This document shows positions 22,332 to 30,887 of a stretch of DNA of 64,000 nucleotides, piece after piece. The notes under the pieces are model-generated. The model saw only the letters and a program-made list of their open reading frames with translations. It did no database searches and was not told the DNA's origin. The first letter of the stretch is position 1, and each line of letters starts with the position of its first letter. Position numbers and translations under genes: made by a program. This DNA is from an uncultured Chloroflexia bacterium (GTDB taxonomy: Bacteria > Chloroflexota > Dehalococcoidia > SM23-28-2): contig OY969584.1 of NCBI GenBank assembly GCA_963701285.1, forward strand, positions 627,250-691,249, written 5' to 3'.

Positions 22332-22636
22332 TCCCGATGCAGCACTTCCTGGTGCTGAGCGGCATCCTCTTTTCGCTGGGGGTGTACGGGGTGCTCGCCC
22401 GCCGCAGCGGCGTGCTGATCCTGATGTCGGTGGAGCTCATGCTTCAGGGCGTGGCCATCAACTTCATCGCCTTCGCCGTGTACCTGGCGCCCGAGGCTTT
22501 CGTTGGCCTCGTTTTCGCCGTGTTCGTCATTGTCGTCGCGGCGGCGGAGGTGGGGCTCCTGCTGGCTATTATCCTGCGCATCTTCCGCAATCGAGGCACG
22601 GCCAACGTGGACGAAGTGGATTTGATGCGATGGTAG
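22328..22636 (+). CDS. nuoK: NADH-quinone oxidoreductase subunit K
   Basis: 102 aa. Contains LSGILFSLGVYGVLARR...MSVELML. Overlaps the nuoJ stop. Confidence 0.9.
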   Translation: MIPMQHFLVLSGILFSLGVYGVLARRSGVLILMSVELMLQGVAINFIAFAVYLAPEAFVGLVFAVFVIVVAAAEVGLLLAIILRIFRNRGTANVDEVDLMRW

Positions 22637-22729
22637 GTTATCGAGAACAGGCCTGCGGGTAGAGCCCGCAGAAACTGACCGATCCGATGGTGCCGCCCCC
22701 ACCGGTCGGGGCGGCGGAGGATAGACCTG

Positions 22730-24628
22730 ATGGGCATGGATCAGGCCTGGCTCTTGGCGGCCCTGCCGGCGGGGGCCTTCGTTGTCCTCCTGATCTTCGG
22801 TCGCTACCTGCCCCGCCACGGCGACTGGCTATCCATCGCCGCCATCGGCGCATCGTTCGTCCTCTTCTTCTTCGTCCTGGCTGACCTGCTGGACAAGATC
22901 GACGTGGCCGGCGCCATTCCGGGCCTCTCCGGCATCGACTGGATCGAGTACGCCGGCTTCAATCTACGCATCGGCTTCGCCGTCGATCAGCTCACCATCG
23001 TGATGCTGGTGGTGGTCAGCTTCGTGGCGCTGATGGTGCAGGTCTACTCCGTGGGCTACATGAAGGACGACCCCCACTACGGCTGGTTCTTCACCTGCAT
23101 GTCACTCTTCGCCGCCGCCATGCTCACCCTGGTCCTGGCCGACAACTTCCTCTTGCTCTACATCGCCTGGGAGGGCGTCGGCTTCTGCTCTTATCTGCTC
23201 ATCGGCTTCTGGAACGAGCGGCGGTCGGCCGCCGAGGCGGCCAAGAAGGCCTTCGTGACCACCCGCATCGGCGACGTCGGCCTGCTTATCGGCATCATTT
23301 TGCTCTGGCGGGCCACCGGCACCTTCGACATGAGGGCGACCTTCGAGGCGGCGAAGGCGGGGGTGATGAGCGAGCCCTATCTGACCACCGCCGTTATCCT
23401 CATCTTCGCCGGCGCCGTCGGCAAGTCGGCCCAATTCCCCCTGCACGTCTGGCTCCCCGACGCCATGGAGGGCCCGACGCCGGTCTCCGCCCTCATCCAC
23501 GCCGCCACCATGGTCGTGGCCGGCGTCTACCTGGTGGCCCGCACCCTACCTTTGTTCGAGGCTGCCCACCCGGCCGCCCTCGACCTTGTGGTGGCGCTGG
23601 GCCTGGTCACCGTCCTCATGTCGGCGACCATGGGCCTGGTAATGACCGACGTCAAGCGAGTGGTCGCCTACTCGACCATCAACAGCCTGGGGCTAATGAT
23701 GGTGGCGTTGGGCTCGGGCCAGGTGGCGGCGGCCATGCTCTATCTGCTCGCCCACGGCTTCTTCAAGGCCCTCCTCTTCCTTAGCTCCGGCTCCGTCCTG
23801 CACGCCACCGAGAAGGGCGACGTGCAGGAGCTGGGCGGCCTCTGGCGGAAGATGCCGGTCACCGCCACGGTGTTCGGTATCGGCGTGCTGGCCATGGCCG
23901 GCATACCACCGCTATCTGGCTTCTGGGCCAAGGACGAGATCATTCTCAGCTCGGCGCAGCACCAGAACGCCCTGGTCTACGGCCTGATGGCCCTCAGCGT
24001 CTTCATCACCGGCCTGTACATGGCCCGCCTCTTCATCCTCACCTTCACCGGCGAGCCCCGTGACCGCCACGCCCACGAGCACGCCTACGACGCCCCGCCG
24101 CTCATGACCGTGCCCCTGGTCCTCTTGGCGATCCTGGCCGTCGTGGCTGGTTTTGTGGTTTTCGACCAGGTGGGCGACGCTCTCGGCTTCCCGGGCGGCA
24201 TCGGCAAGTTCGTCTACTTGGAGGCGCCGGAGGCGTTCAAGTTCCACGCCGACGTGGCGGCTGTGTCCATCATCGCTGCTTTGGCGGGGGTGCTGGGCGC
24301 CTTCTACTTCTGGTGGGGCGAAGCGAGGCCGGCCCAGGCAGCGGGTGCCCGCTTCCCGTCCGTCTACGCTCTCTGGAAGAACAAGTACTACGTGGACAAC
24401 CTCTACCAGTTCCTAATCGACCGCGTCGTCCTCGCTTTCGGCGGCTTCATCGCCTGGTGGGATCGCAACGTTGTTAACGACACCGGCGTGGACGGTTCGG
24501 CCGCCCTGGCGGTCTACTCGGGCTTCCGACTGAAGTTCTCGCAGACGGGGCGCCTGCCCAACTACGCCTTCGCCATCGTCCTGGGGGTGGTGGTCCTGGC
24601 CATCATCGCCATGACCGTCTTCGTCTGA
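22730..24628 (+). CDS. nuoL: NADH-quinone oxidoreductase subunit L
   Basis: 632 aa. Antiporter-like; contains GKSAQFPLHVWLPDAMEGPTPVSALIHAATMV. Confidence 0.93.
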   Translation: MGMDQAWLLAALPAGAFVVLLIFGRYLPRHGDWLSIAAIGASFVLFFFVLADLLDKIDVAGAIPGLSGIDWIEYAGFNLRIGFAVDQLTIVMLVVVSFVALMVQVYSVGYMKDDPHYGWFFTCMSLFAAAMLTLVLADNFLLLYIAWEGVGFCSYLLIGFWNERRSAAEAAKKAFVTTRIGDVGLLIGIILLWRATGTFDMRATFEAAKAGVMSEPYLTTAVILIFAGAVGKSAQFPLHVWLPDAMEGPTPVSALIHAATMVVAGVYLVARTLPLFEAAHPAALDLVVALGLVTVLMSATMGLVMTDVKRVVAYSTINSLGLMMVALGSGQVAAAMLYLLAHGFFKALLFLSSGSVLHATEKGDVQELGGLWRKMPVTATVFGIGVLAMAGIPPLSGFWAKDEIILSSAQHQNALVYGLMALSVFITGLYMARLFILTFTGEPRDRHAHEHAYDAPPLMTVPLVLLAILAVVAGFVVFDQVGDALGFPGGIGKFVYLEAPEAFKFHADVAAVSIIAALAGVLGAFYFWWGEARPAQAAGARFPSVYALWKNKYYVDNLYQFLIDRVVLAFGGFIAWWDRNVVNDTGVDGSAALAVYSGFRLKFSQTGRLPNYAFAIVLGVVVLAIIAMTVFV

Positions 24629-24641
24629 GGAATGAGGGAAC

Positions 24642-26144
24642 ATGCATAGCGGCTGGCTCCTGTTCGCGGAGATAGCGGTGCCCCTGGGGGCCGCACTGAC
24701 CATCATGGCCATCCCCTCGGTCTACAAGCAGCAGGTCCGCTGGGTCGCTACGGCGGCCGCCTTCACTATGTTCGTCCTGGCGGTCATCATCTTCATCGTC
24801 TACAACTACAAGGAGGGCGGCCTTCAGTTCGACCTGCGCCTTCACTGGCTGGAGAACGTGGCCTTCCTGGGGAAGGACGGCATCGCCCTTCACCTGGCCG
24901 TGGACGGCATCGCGGTGCCGATGGTGCTGCTGACCGGCATCGTCATTCTCGCGGGCTCCCTCGTCTCCTGGAGCGTCGAGTACCGGAACAAGGACTTCTT
25001 CATCCTCCTCCTGACCCTGGTCAGTGGCGTCTTCGGCGTGTTCGAGTCGCAGGATCTGTTCTTCTTCTTCTTCTTCTACGAGCTGGCGGTGCTCCCCATG
25101 TACCTGCTCATCGGCGTCTGGGGGTCGAGCACCACCTTCGGCAGCTACGTCCGCACCAAAGAGTACGGCGCCATGAAGCTGACGATGTACCTGGTGGCGG
25201 GCAGCGTGCTGGTGTTCATCGCCATCTTTGCCACGTTCGTCGAAGCGGGCAAGGGCACCTTCGAGCTGCCGGTTCTGGGCCAGGTAACCTACAGCGAGAC
25301 CTTCCAGAAGACGTTCTACCCCTTCTTCATGATTGGCTTCGGCGTCCTGGCCGGCCTCTGGCCCTTCCACACTTGGTCGCCCGACGGCCACGTGGCGGCG
25401 CCCACGGCGGTGAGTATGCTGCACGCCGGCGTGCTGATGAAGCTGGGCGCCTTCGGCATCATCCGCGTGGGGATGAGCCTCTTCCCCCAGGGGGCCCAGT
25501 TCTGGGCGCCGGCTCTCCTGGTGCTGGGCACCACCGGCGCCCTGTATGGCGCCATATCGGCCATGGCCCAGCGCGACTTGAAGTACGTGGTGGGCTACTC
25601 CAGCGTCAGCCACATGGGCTACGTGCTCATGGGCTTAGCCACCCTTAACCCTATCGGCATTAACGGGGCCGTGCTCCAGATGTTCGCCCACGGCGTGATG
25701 ACGGCCCTCTTCTTCGCCATGGTGGGCGCCGTCTACGACCAGGCCCACGTCCGCGAGATCTGGACCTTCGGCGGCCTGGCCCAGCGCATGCCGCGCTTCG
25801 TGGCCTTCTTCACCATCGCCGGCCTATCGTCGCTGGGCCTGCCGGGGCTGGCCGGCTTCGTCGCCGAGTTCAATATCTTCGTCGGCCTGTTCAAGACGTA
25901 TCCGGTGTTTGGCGCCCTCGGCATCCTGGCGGCGGCCATCACCGCCGTCTACATCTTGCGCTTGCTGTCAGCCGCCTTCTTTGGCCCCCTGAACCCGAAG
26001 TGGGCCCATCTGAAGGAGATGCGCCCGCTGGAGCAAGCGGGCGGGGCGTTACTCATCTTTTTCATCGCCTTCATGGGCATCTGGCCGGCGCCATTCGTGG
26101 ACCGCATCGCCCAGAGCGTCCTGTCCTTGCCGGGGATCGGCTAG
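24642..26144 (+). CDS. nuoM: NADH-quinone oxidoreductase subunit M
   Basis: 500 aa. Contains FHTWSPDGHVAAPTAVSMLHAGVLMKLG. Confidence 0.92.
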   Translation: MHSGWLLFAEIAVPLGAALTIMAIPSVYKQQVRWVATAAAFTMFVLAVIIFIVYNYKEGGLQFDLRLHWLENVAFLGKDGIALHLAVDGIAVPMVLLTGIVILAGSLVSWSVEYRNKDFFILLLTLVSGVFGVFESQDLFFFFFFYELAVLPMYLLIGVWGSSTTFGSYVRTKEYGAMKLTMYLVAGSVLVFIAIFATFVEAGKGTFELPVLGQVTYSETFQKTFYPFFMIGFGVLAGLWPFHTWSPDGHVAAPTAVSMLHAGVLMKLGAFGIIRVGMSLFPQGAQFWAPALLVLGTTGALYGAISAMAQRDLKYVVGYSSVSHMGYVLMGLATLNPIGINGAVLQMFAHGVMTALFFAMVGAVYDQAHVREIWTFGGLAQRMPRFVAFFTIAGLSSLGLPGLAGFVAEFNIFVGLFKTYPVFGALGILAAAITAVYILRLLSAAFFGPLNPKWAHLKEMRPLEQAGGALLIFFIAFMGIWPAPFVDRIAQSVLSLPGIG

Positions 26145-27620
26145 ATGGACTGGTCGCTCCTAGTCCCCGAGTACATCCTGGCCGGCTGGGCGGCCATGGT
26201 GATCTCGCTGGACCTGTTCTGGGGCCGGCTGCGCAAGGACCAGCTCGCCTACGTCGCCGCCGCCGGCGCGCTGATTGCCACCCTGGTCTCGCTGATCTGG
26301 GTGAACGGCGACTCCTCCTTCGGCAACCTGCTCCAAATCGATAACTACGCCACCTTCTTCCGCGTCTTCTTCGGTCTTATCGCCTTCTTCACCTGCCTGG
26401 CCTCGGCGAAATATGTGCAGGACCGCCTGCTCCACGCCGGCGAGTACTACGCCCTGATCCTGCTGGCGACCGTCGGCGGCATCTACATGGCGGCGGCCAA
26501 GGAGCTGCTGACCGCCTACATCTCGCTGGAGCTGCTCAGCTTCAGCCTCTATGTTCTCACCTCCTACGCCAAGTTCGACCTCAAGTCCAACGAGGCGGGG
26601 CTGAAGTACATGCTGCTGGGGGCCTTTTCTTCGGCCATCTTCCTCTACGGGATGAGCCTGGTGTACGGCGTGACCAAGACCACCAGCTTCGCTGCCATCG
26701 CCACCGCCCTCAGCGGCGACACGAGCGGCATCGCCTTCGCCCTGATGCTGGGCATCGTTCTCATGATCGCCGGGCTGGGGTTCAAGGTGGCGGCGGTGCC
26801 CTTCCACATGTGGACGCCCGATGCCTACGAAGGGGCGCCGCTGCCCATCACCGCCTTCATCTCGGCCATCTCCAAGGCGGCGGGCTTCGCCCTTTTCATC
26901 AAGGTATTCGGCCAGGCCCTGCTGCCCATGGCCGACGACTGGCGCTGGATCATCGCCGGCCTCTCGGCCGCCACCATGCTCCTGGGGAACCTGGTGGCTA
27001 TCCAGCAGCACAACATCAAGCGCCTGCTGGCCTACTCCAGCATCGGCCAGGTGGGGTTCATGCTTATGGGCATCGCCGCGCTCACCCCGCACGGCCCCAG
27101 CGACTCCGCCAGCGCCCTGGTGCTGCACCTGGCGGGGTACGTCATCACCAACCTGGCCGCCTTCGTCTGCGTCATCATCTACTACAACCAGACGGGCAAG
27201 GACGAGATAGCCGACTTCGGCGGCCTGGCGGAGCGGGCGCCGTTCCTGGCCCTTTCCCTGACCATCGCCCTGTTCTCCCTGGCCGGAATGCCGCTCTTCG
27301 CCGGCTTCGCTACCAAGTTCATCCTGTTCCAGGCCGCCGCCCAGCAGGACCTCCTCTGGCTCTCGTCCATCGCCGCGTTCATGAGCTTCGTCTCCCTCTA
27401 CTACTACCTGATGATCATCAAGCAGATGTACCTGGTGGAGCCCCCGGAGAAGGTGCGCCTGCCCGTCCCGCGGCTGGAGTACGCTGTCGTGGCGGTGCTG
27501 ATCGTCGGCGTGATGCTGGTGGGGCTCTACCCCCAGCCCCTGTTCGACGGCGCAGCCAACGCCACACACGCCGTCTTCCAGGCCGGCCAGGCCGCCACCG
27601 CCGCCGGCACCGGGCCGTAG
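26145..27620 (+). CDS. nuoN: NADH-quinone oxidoreductase subunit N
   Basis: 491 aa. Contains FKVAAVPFHMWTPDAYEGAPLPITAF. Confidence 0.92.
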   Translation: MDWSLLVPEYILAGWAAMVISLDLFWGRLRKDQLAYVAAAGALIATLVSLIWVNGDSSFGNLLQIDNYATFFRVFFGLIAFFTCLASAKYVQDRLLHAGEYYALILLATVGGIYMAAAKELLTAYISLELLSFSLYVLTSYAKFDLKSNEAGLKYMLLGAFSSAIFLYGMSLVYGVTKTTSFAAIATALSGDTSGIAFALMLGIVLMIAGLGFKVAAVPFHMWTPDAYEGAPLPITAFISAISKAAGFALFIKVFGQALLPMADDWRWIIAGLSAATMLLGNLVAIQQHNIKRLLAYSSIGQVGFMLMGIAALTPHGPSDSASALVLHLAGYVITNLAAFVCVIIYYNQTGKDEIADFGGLAERAPFLALSLTIALFSLAGMPLFAGFATKFILFQAAAQQDLLWLSSIAAFMSFVSLYYYLMIIKQMYLVEPPEKVRLPVPRLEYAVVAVLIVGVMLVGLYPQPLFDGAANATHAVFQAGQAATAAGTGP

Positions 27621-27714
27621 GCAGCCCTTCGGCGCCTCGCCCAAGACAGCCGCCCATTGCGGCCTTGCCCGGCGCCGGCCGCGCGACCCCGGGCGCTTTT
27701 GTCCGCCCGATCCA

Positions 27715-27743
27715 TTGACATCCCTTATCACCGCTGGTATTAT
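27715..27743 (+). promoter_or_regulatory. near-consensus sigma-70 promoter TTGACA-17-TATTAT
   Basis: TTGACA at 27715..27720, an exact 17-nt spacer, and TATTAT at 27738..27743. It sits 45 nt upstream of the DUF134 gene ATG. Confidence 0.7.
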
Positions 27744-27744
27744 G

Positions 27745-27766
27745 GTTATGGTCATATGTTCATAAC
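27745..27766 (+). promoter_or_regulatory. 22-bp palindromic operator candidate GTTATGgtCATATGttCATAAC
   Basis: Arms GTTATG/CATAAC and core CATATG share one symmetry centre (27755/27756). 18 of 22 positions are symmetric. It begins immediately after the -10. Confidence 0.55.
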
Positions 27767-27787
27767 GTCCAGTTGAAAGCACTTCCA

Positions 27788-28282
27788 ATGCCAAGACCAA
27801 CCAGATGGAGAACTGTAGCAGGTCTACCGCCGGTGACTTACTTCAAACCGGCGGGCATACCTCTCCGTCTGCTCTCGGAGGTCAGACTGGCAATCGAGGA
27901 AGTAGAGGCGATCCGCCTGAAGGACTTGGAGGGACTGGAGCAGGAGGAATGCGCGCAAAGAATGAGCATCTCCCGTCCAACCTTCCATCGCGTCCTCAAG
28001 GCAGCCAGGCAAAAGGTGGCGGACGCATTCATAAACGGCAGAGCGATTCGGATTGAAGGCGGCAACTTCGCCGCACCGGGCCAGAAGTTCCGCTGCGTCC
28101 CTTATGGTCACGCCTGGGAGATATCTCTCGGGCCCGCGACGCCTGCCCAGCCGCTTGCCTGCCCGACCTGCGGCAGCGCTCGCGTCTTGGCGGTCACCCC
28201 GCTTGCGGAGAGCTTTGGACGACCGGGCTTACGACGAGGGAGAGGGCCCGGCAGCGGTCGTTGGAGAGGAGAAGGCGGATGA
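27788..28282 (+). CDS. DUF134 (UPF0251) family putative DNA-binding protein with C-terminal Zn-ribbon-like and RG-rich extension
   Basis: MPRPTRWRTVAGLPPVTYFKPAGIP...LAIEEVEAIRLKDLEGLEQEECAQRMSISRPTFHRVL is typical of DUF134. The extension carries C..H...CPTC and a GRGPGSGRWRG tail. Confidence 0.75.
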   Translation: MPRPTRWRTVAGLPPVTYFKPAGIPLRLLSEVRLAIEEVEAIRLKDLEGLEQEECAQRMSISRPTFHRVLKAARQKVADAFINGRAIRIEGGNFAAPGQKFRCVPYGHAWEISLGPATPAQPLACPTCGSARVLAVTPLAESFGRPGLRRGRGPGSGRWRGEGG

Positions 28283-28383
28283 TCTCCCGCTAGGCAGCAA
28301 CTCAAAGATACACCAGGCAATTGCGCTGAGGCGAAGCCAAATCGGCGCGCGAGCACAGAAAGACAAGTATGGAGGTTACTGAA

Positions 28384-28578
28384 ATGCCATTCGGCAACAG
28401 AAAAGGACCACAGGGCCAGGGGCCCAGGACAGGTCGCCGCGCGGGCTACTGCTCCGGCAACTCCCAACCGGGCCACGTGACGGCCCCAGGGAGGCGTGTT
28501 GGGCGAGGCGGCGCAGGCAGAGGCTTCGGGTTCCGGTTCGGCTGGAGAAGAGGCCGCCTGGGGAGGAGATTGGGATGA
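28384..28578 (+). CDS. DUF5320-like small Gly/Arg-rich protein
   Basis: ATG at 28384 lies 8 nt after GGAGG. MPFGNRKGPQGQGPRTGRRAGYCSG...GRGGAGRGFGF resembles the DUF5320 signature MPRGDGTGP.G.GP.TGRG.GYC. Confidence 0.6.
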   Translation: MPFGNRKGPQGQGPRTGRRAGYCSGNSQPGHVTAPGRRVGRGGAGRGFGFRFGWRRGRLGRRLG

Positions 28579-28970
28579 GGATCGCAGTCGTATCGGACGA
28601 CGAAGCCACGATCAGCCGGCACTTCGGCCGCGCGCCCTACTACGTAGTGGTTACGGTCGAGGAGGGCAAGATCGTCGGTAGAGAGACGCGCGCGAAAGCC
28701 GGCCACCACACCTCCGGCACCTGCGACTGCCATGCCGCGCCTGGAGCGCCGCACGGCCAGGGACGGCACTCCGAAGCGAAGCACCAGATCATGGCGGACA
28801 CCATCGGCGACTGCGACGCAGTCATCGCCGGCGGAATGGGCTGGGGAGCGCACGAGAGCCTGAAGAGGCGCGGCATCGAGCCCGTGATCACCGACGTGTG
28901 CGACGTGGGCGAAGCCGCGCTCGCATATGCGGGTGGCATCCTGCCCAACCTCACGGACCGCCTGCACTAA
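28575..28970 (+). CDS. NifB/NifX-family (dinitrogenase FeMo-cofactor-binding domain) protein
   Basis: ATGA overlap with the previous stop. MRIAVVSDDEATISRHFGRAPYYVVV...CDAVIAGGMGWGAHESLKRRGIEPV. Carries a His/Cys-rich insert HHTSGTCDCH. Confidence 0.75.
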   Translation: MRIAVVSDDEATISRHFGRAPYYVVVTVEEGKIVGRETRAKAGHHTSGTCDCHAAPGAPHGQGRHSEAKHQIMADTIGDCDAVIAGGMGWGAHESLKRRGIEPVITDVCDVGEAALAYAGGILPNLTDRLH

Positions 28971-29002
28971 CGCTCACCATCACCCCCACCTTTCCTCCCA
29001 TA

Positions 29003-29036
29003 GTCGGTTGACCGACCCGCTGTGGGAGGTTACTAT
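29003..29036 (+). promoter_or_regulatory. arsR promoter (TTGACC-17-TACTAT) overlapped by palindrome GTCGGTtgACCGAC
   Basis: The palindrome at 29003..29016 covers the -35 (29008..29013). The -10 is at 29031..29036, and the ATG at 29053. Confidence 0.6.
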
Positions 29037-29052
29037 ATTAGCAGATGCTGAT

Positions 29053-29439
29053 ATGACCGCGGATGCCGACGTTCTGCCTGTCTTCTCCCGAACATCGCCA
29101 CCGCCCACCGACGACCTGGCGGCCCTCCTGCGCGTGCTGGGCGACGAGACGCGGCTCCGCATCTTCGCCCTGTTGACCAAGGCCGAGCTCTGCGTCTGCG
29201 AGATCGAGGACACCGTCGGGCTCTCGCAGAGCCTGGTGTCCAACCACCTGGCGGTGTTGCGCCGCGCCGGCCTGGTCAGGGCGCGGCGCGACGACGAGGA
29301 TGCCCGTTGGATCTTCTACCGGGCCGATCCGGAGGCCGTCGCGGTTCTGCGCCAGAAGTGCGCAGCCCTGCTGGAGGTTACTGCGGCCGCGGGCGACCGC
29401 CGCCGCGCCGCCGAGGTCTGCCGGCTGCGAGGGCGGTAG
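29053..29439 (+). CDS. arsR: ArsR/SmtB-family metalloregulator
   Basis: Contains LRVLGDETRLRIFALLTKAELCVCEIEDTVGLSQSLVSNHLAVLRRAGLV, including the ELCVC metal(loid)-binding motif. Confidence 0.88.
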   Translation: MTADADVLPVFSRTSPPPTDDLAALLRVLGDETRLRIFALLTKAELCVCEIEDTVGLSQSLVSNHLAVLRRAGLVRARRDDEDARWIFYRADPEAVAVLRQKCAALLEVTAAAGDRRRAAEVCRLRGR

Positions 29440-29477
29440 GGATGTTTTTTCGGCCGAACACATCAGCACATGATGAT

Positions 29478-30560
29478 ATGACAACACAGCCGGTCGCTTG
29501 CTCCGCGATCCCGCCCCAACTTGCCGCCGGGATTACGGGACGCCAGCCAGTCTTCCGGGTCTGGGCGGGGCTGGCGGCGGCGGCCCTGATTTGGGTAGCG
29601 GTCTATGTCATGCTCCACCCGGCTGTCGATGCCGTCACCTACGACCTGTTCCATCTCTCGCGTGGTAGCCACCTGGCGAGCGCCGTCAACTTCTTCCTCT
29701 ACGATACCCCGAAGGTCTTGCTGCTCCTTACGGGCATCGTCTTCCTCATGGGCATCATCCGGACGTTCTTCTCGCCCGAGAGCACACGGAAACTGCTCGG
29801 CGGCCGCCGAGAAGGAGTCGGCAACGTCGCGGCTGCCGGCCTCGGCATAGTCACGCCCTTCTGCTCCTGCTCGGCGGTGCCGCTGTTCATCGGCTTTGTG
29901 GAGGCGGGTGTGCCCCTTGGGGTGACGTTCTCTTTCCTCATCTCGGCGCCTATGGTGAACGAGGTCGCCATCGTTCTCCTTTTCGGCCTCTTCGGCTGGA
30001 AGACGGCAGCGCTTTATGTTGGGCTCGGGCTGGCCATAGCCATCGTGGCGGGCTGGGTCATCGGAAGGATGAAAGTGGAGCGCTACGTGGAGCCGTTCGT
30101 ATATGAGATCGCCGTCGGGCAATTGGATGCCACCGAGAGCCTGAGCTGGTCCGACAGAACGGCGAGGGGCATCCAGGCCGAGCGCGACATCGTCGGTCGC
30201 GTCTGGCCTTTCGTCGTGGCCGGTATAGCTGTCGGCGCGGTCATCCACGGCTACGTCCCGCAGGACGCGATGGCTAGCATCATGGGGAAGAGCGCCTGGT
30301 GGAGCGTACCCGCTGCGGTGATCCTGGGTGTGCCGATGTACTCGAACGCCGCGGGCATCCTGCCAGTCATTGAGGCGCTTATCGACAAGGGAGCCGCACT
30401 GGGGACGGCGCTCGCTTTCATGATGAGCGTCGTCGCTCTGTCACTCCCGGAGATGATCATTTTGCGTCGGGTGCTCAGGTGGCAACTGATCGCGGTTTTC
30501 ATCGGTGTGGTTGCTGGCGGGATCATGGCTGTCGGCTTTGTATTCAATCTGGTCTTCTAG
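29478..30560 (+). CDS. permease family protein (DUF318/ArsP-like putative organoarsenical efflux permease)
   Basis: Multi-TM protein with the TPFCSCSAVPLF motif. Followed by its usual small thioredoxin-like partner. The start could also lie further upstream. Confidence 0.75.
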   Translation: MTTQPVACSAIPPQLAAGITGRQPVFRVWAGLAAAALIWVAVYVMLHPAVDAVTYDLFHLSRGSHLASAVNFFLYDTPKVLLLLTGIVFLMGIIRTFFSPESTRKLLGGRREGVGNVAAAGLGIVTPFCSCSAVPLFIGFVEAGVPLGVTFSFLISAPMVNEVAIVLLFGLFGWKTAALYVGLGLAIAIVAGWVIGRMKVERYVEPFVYEIAVGQLDATESLSWSDRTARGIQAERDIVGRVWPFVVAGIAVGAVIHGYVPQDAMASIMGKSAWWSVPAAVILGVPMYSNAAGILPVIEALIDKGAALGTALAFMMSVVALSLPEMIILRRVLRWQLIAVFIGVVAGGIMAVGFVFNLVF

Positions 30561-30569
30561 GAGGGCAAC

Positions 30570-30833
30570 ATGGTCAAGATCGAAGTGCTCGGGTCAGGTT
30601 GCGCGAACTGTCAGCGACTGGAAGTGCTGGCGCGTGAGGCTGTCGCAAAGCTAGGCGTCGAGGCGGAAGTGGCGCACGTCACCGACATCAAGGAGATCAT
30701 GGCGCGCGGCGTCGTGGCGACGCCGGGTCTCGCCGTCAACGGCAAGGTCGTCTCGAAGGGACGCGTGCCGAGGGCTAGCGAGATCGTCAGCATGCTGGCG
30801 ACGGCGCTTGCCGAAGAGGAGGCGGTATCTTAG
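30570..30833 (+). CDS. thioredoxin-family small protein (redox-active disulfide protein 2 / TM0996-like)
   Basis: MVKIEVLGSGCANCQRLE...ATPGLAVNGKVV; 87 aa. Confidence 0.8.
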   Translation: MVKIEVLGSGCANCQRLEVLAREAVAKLGVEAEVAHVTDIKEIMARGVVATPGLAVNGKVVSKGRVPRASEIVSMLATALAEEEAVS

Positions 30834-30887
30834 AGCGTTGTCACCCCGACGGCAACGTTGCGGTGGCATCGTGAGGAGAGCCGAGAG

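Noticed and set aside
22637-22729. Small RNA gene or riboswitch in the nuoK-nuoL gap.
   Set aside because: Only two simple hairpins, with no recognisable riboswitch core. Reported instead as intra-operon structure.
27681-27704. Intrinsic terminator of the nuo operon (GCGCGACCCCGGGCGC followed by TTTTG).
   Set aside because: The stem is short and imperfect with essentially no loop. It is too weak to call from sequence alone.
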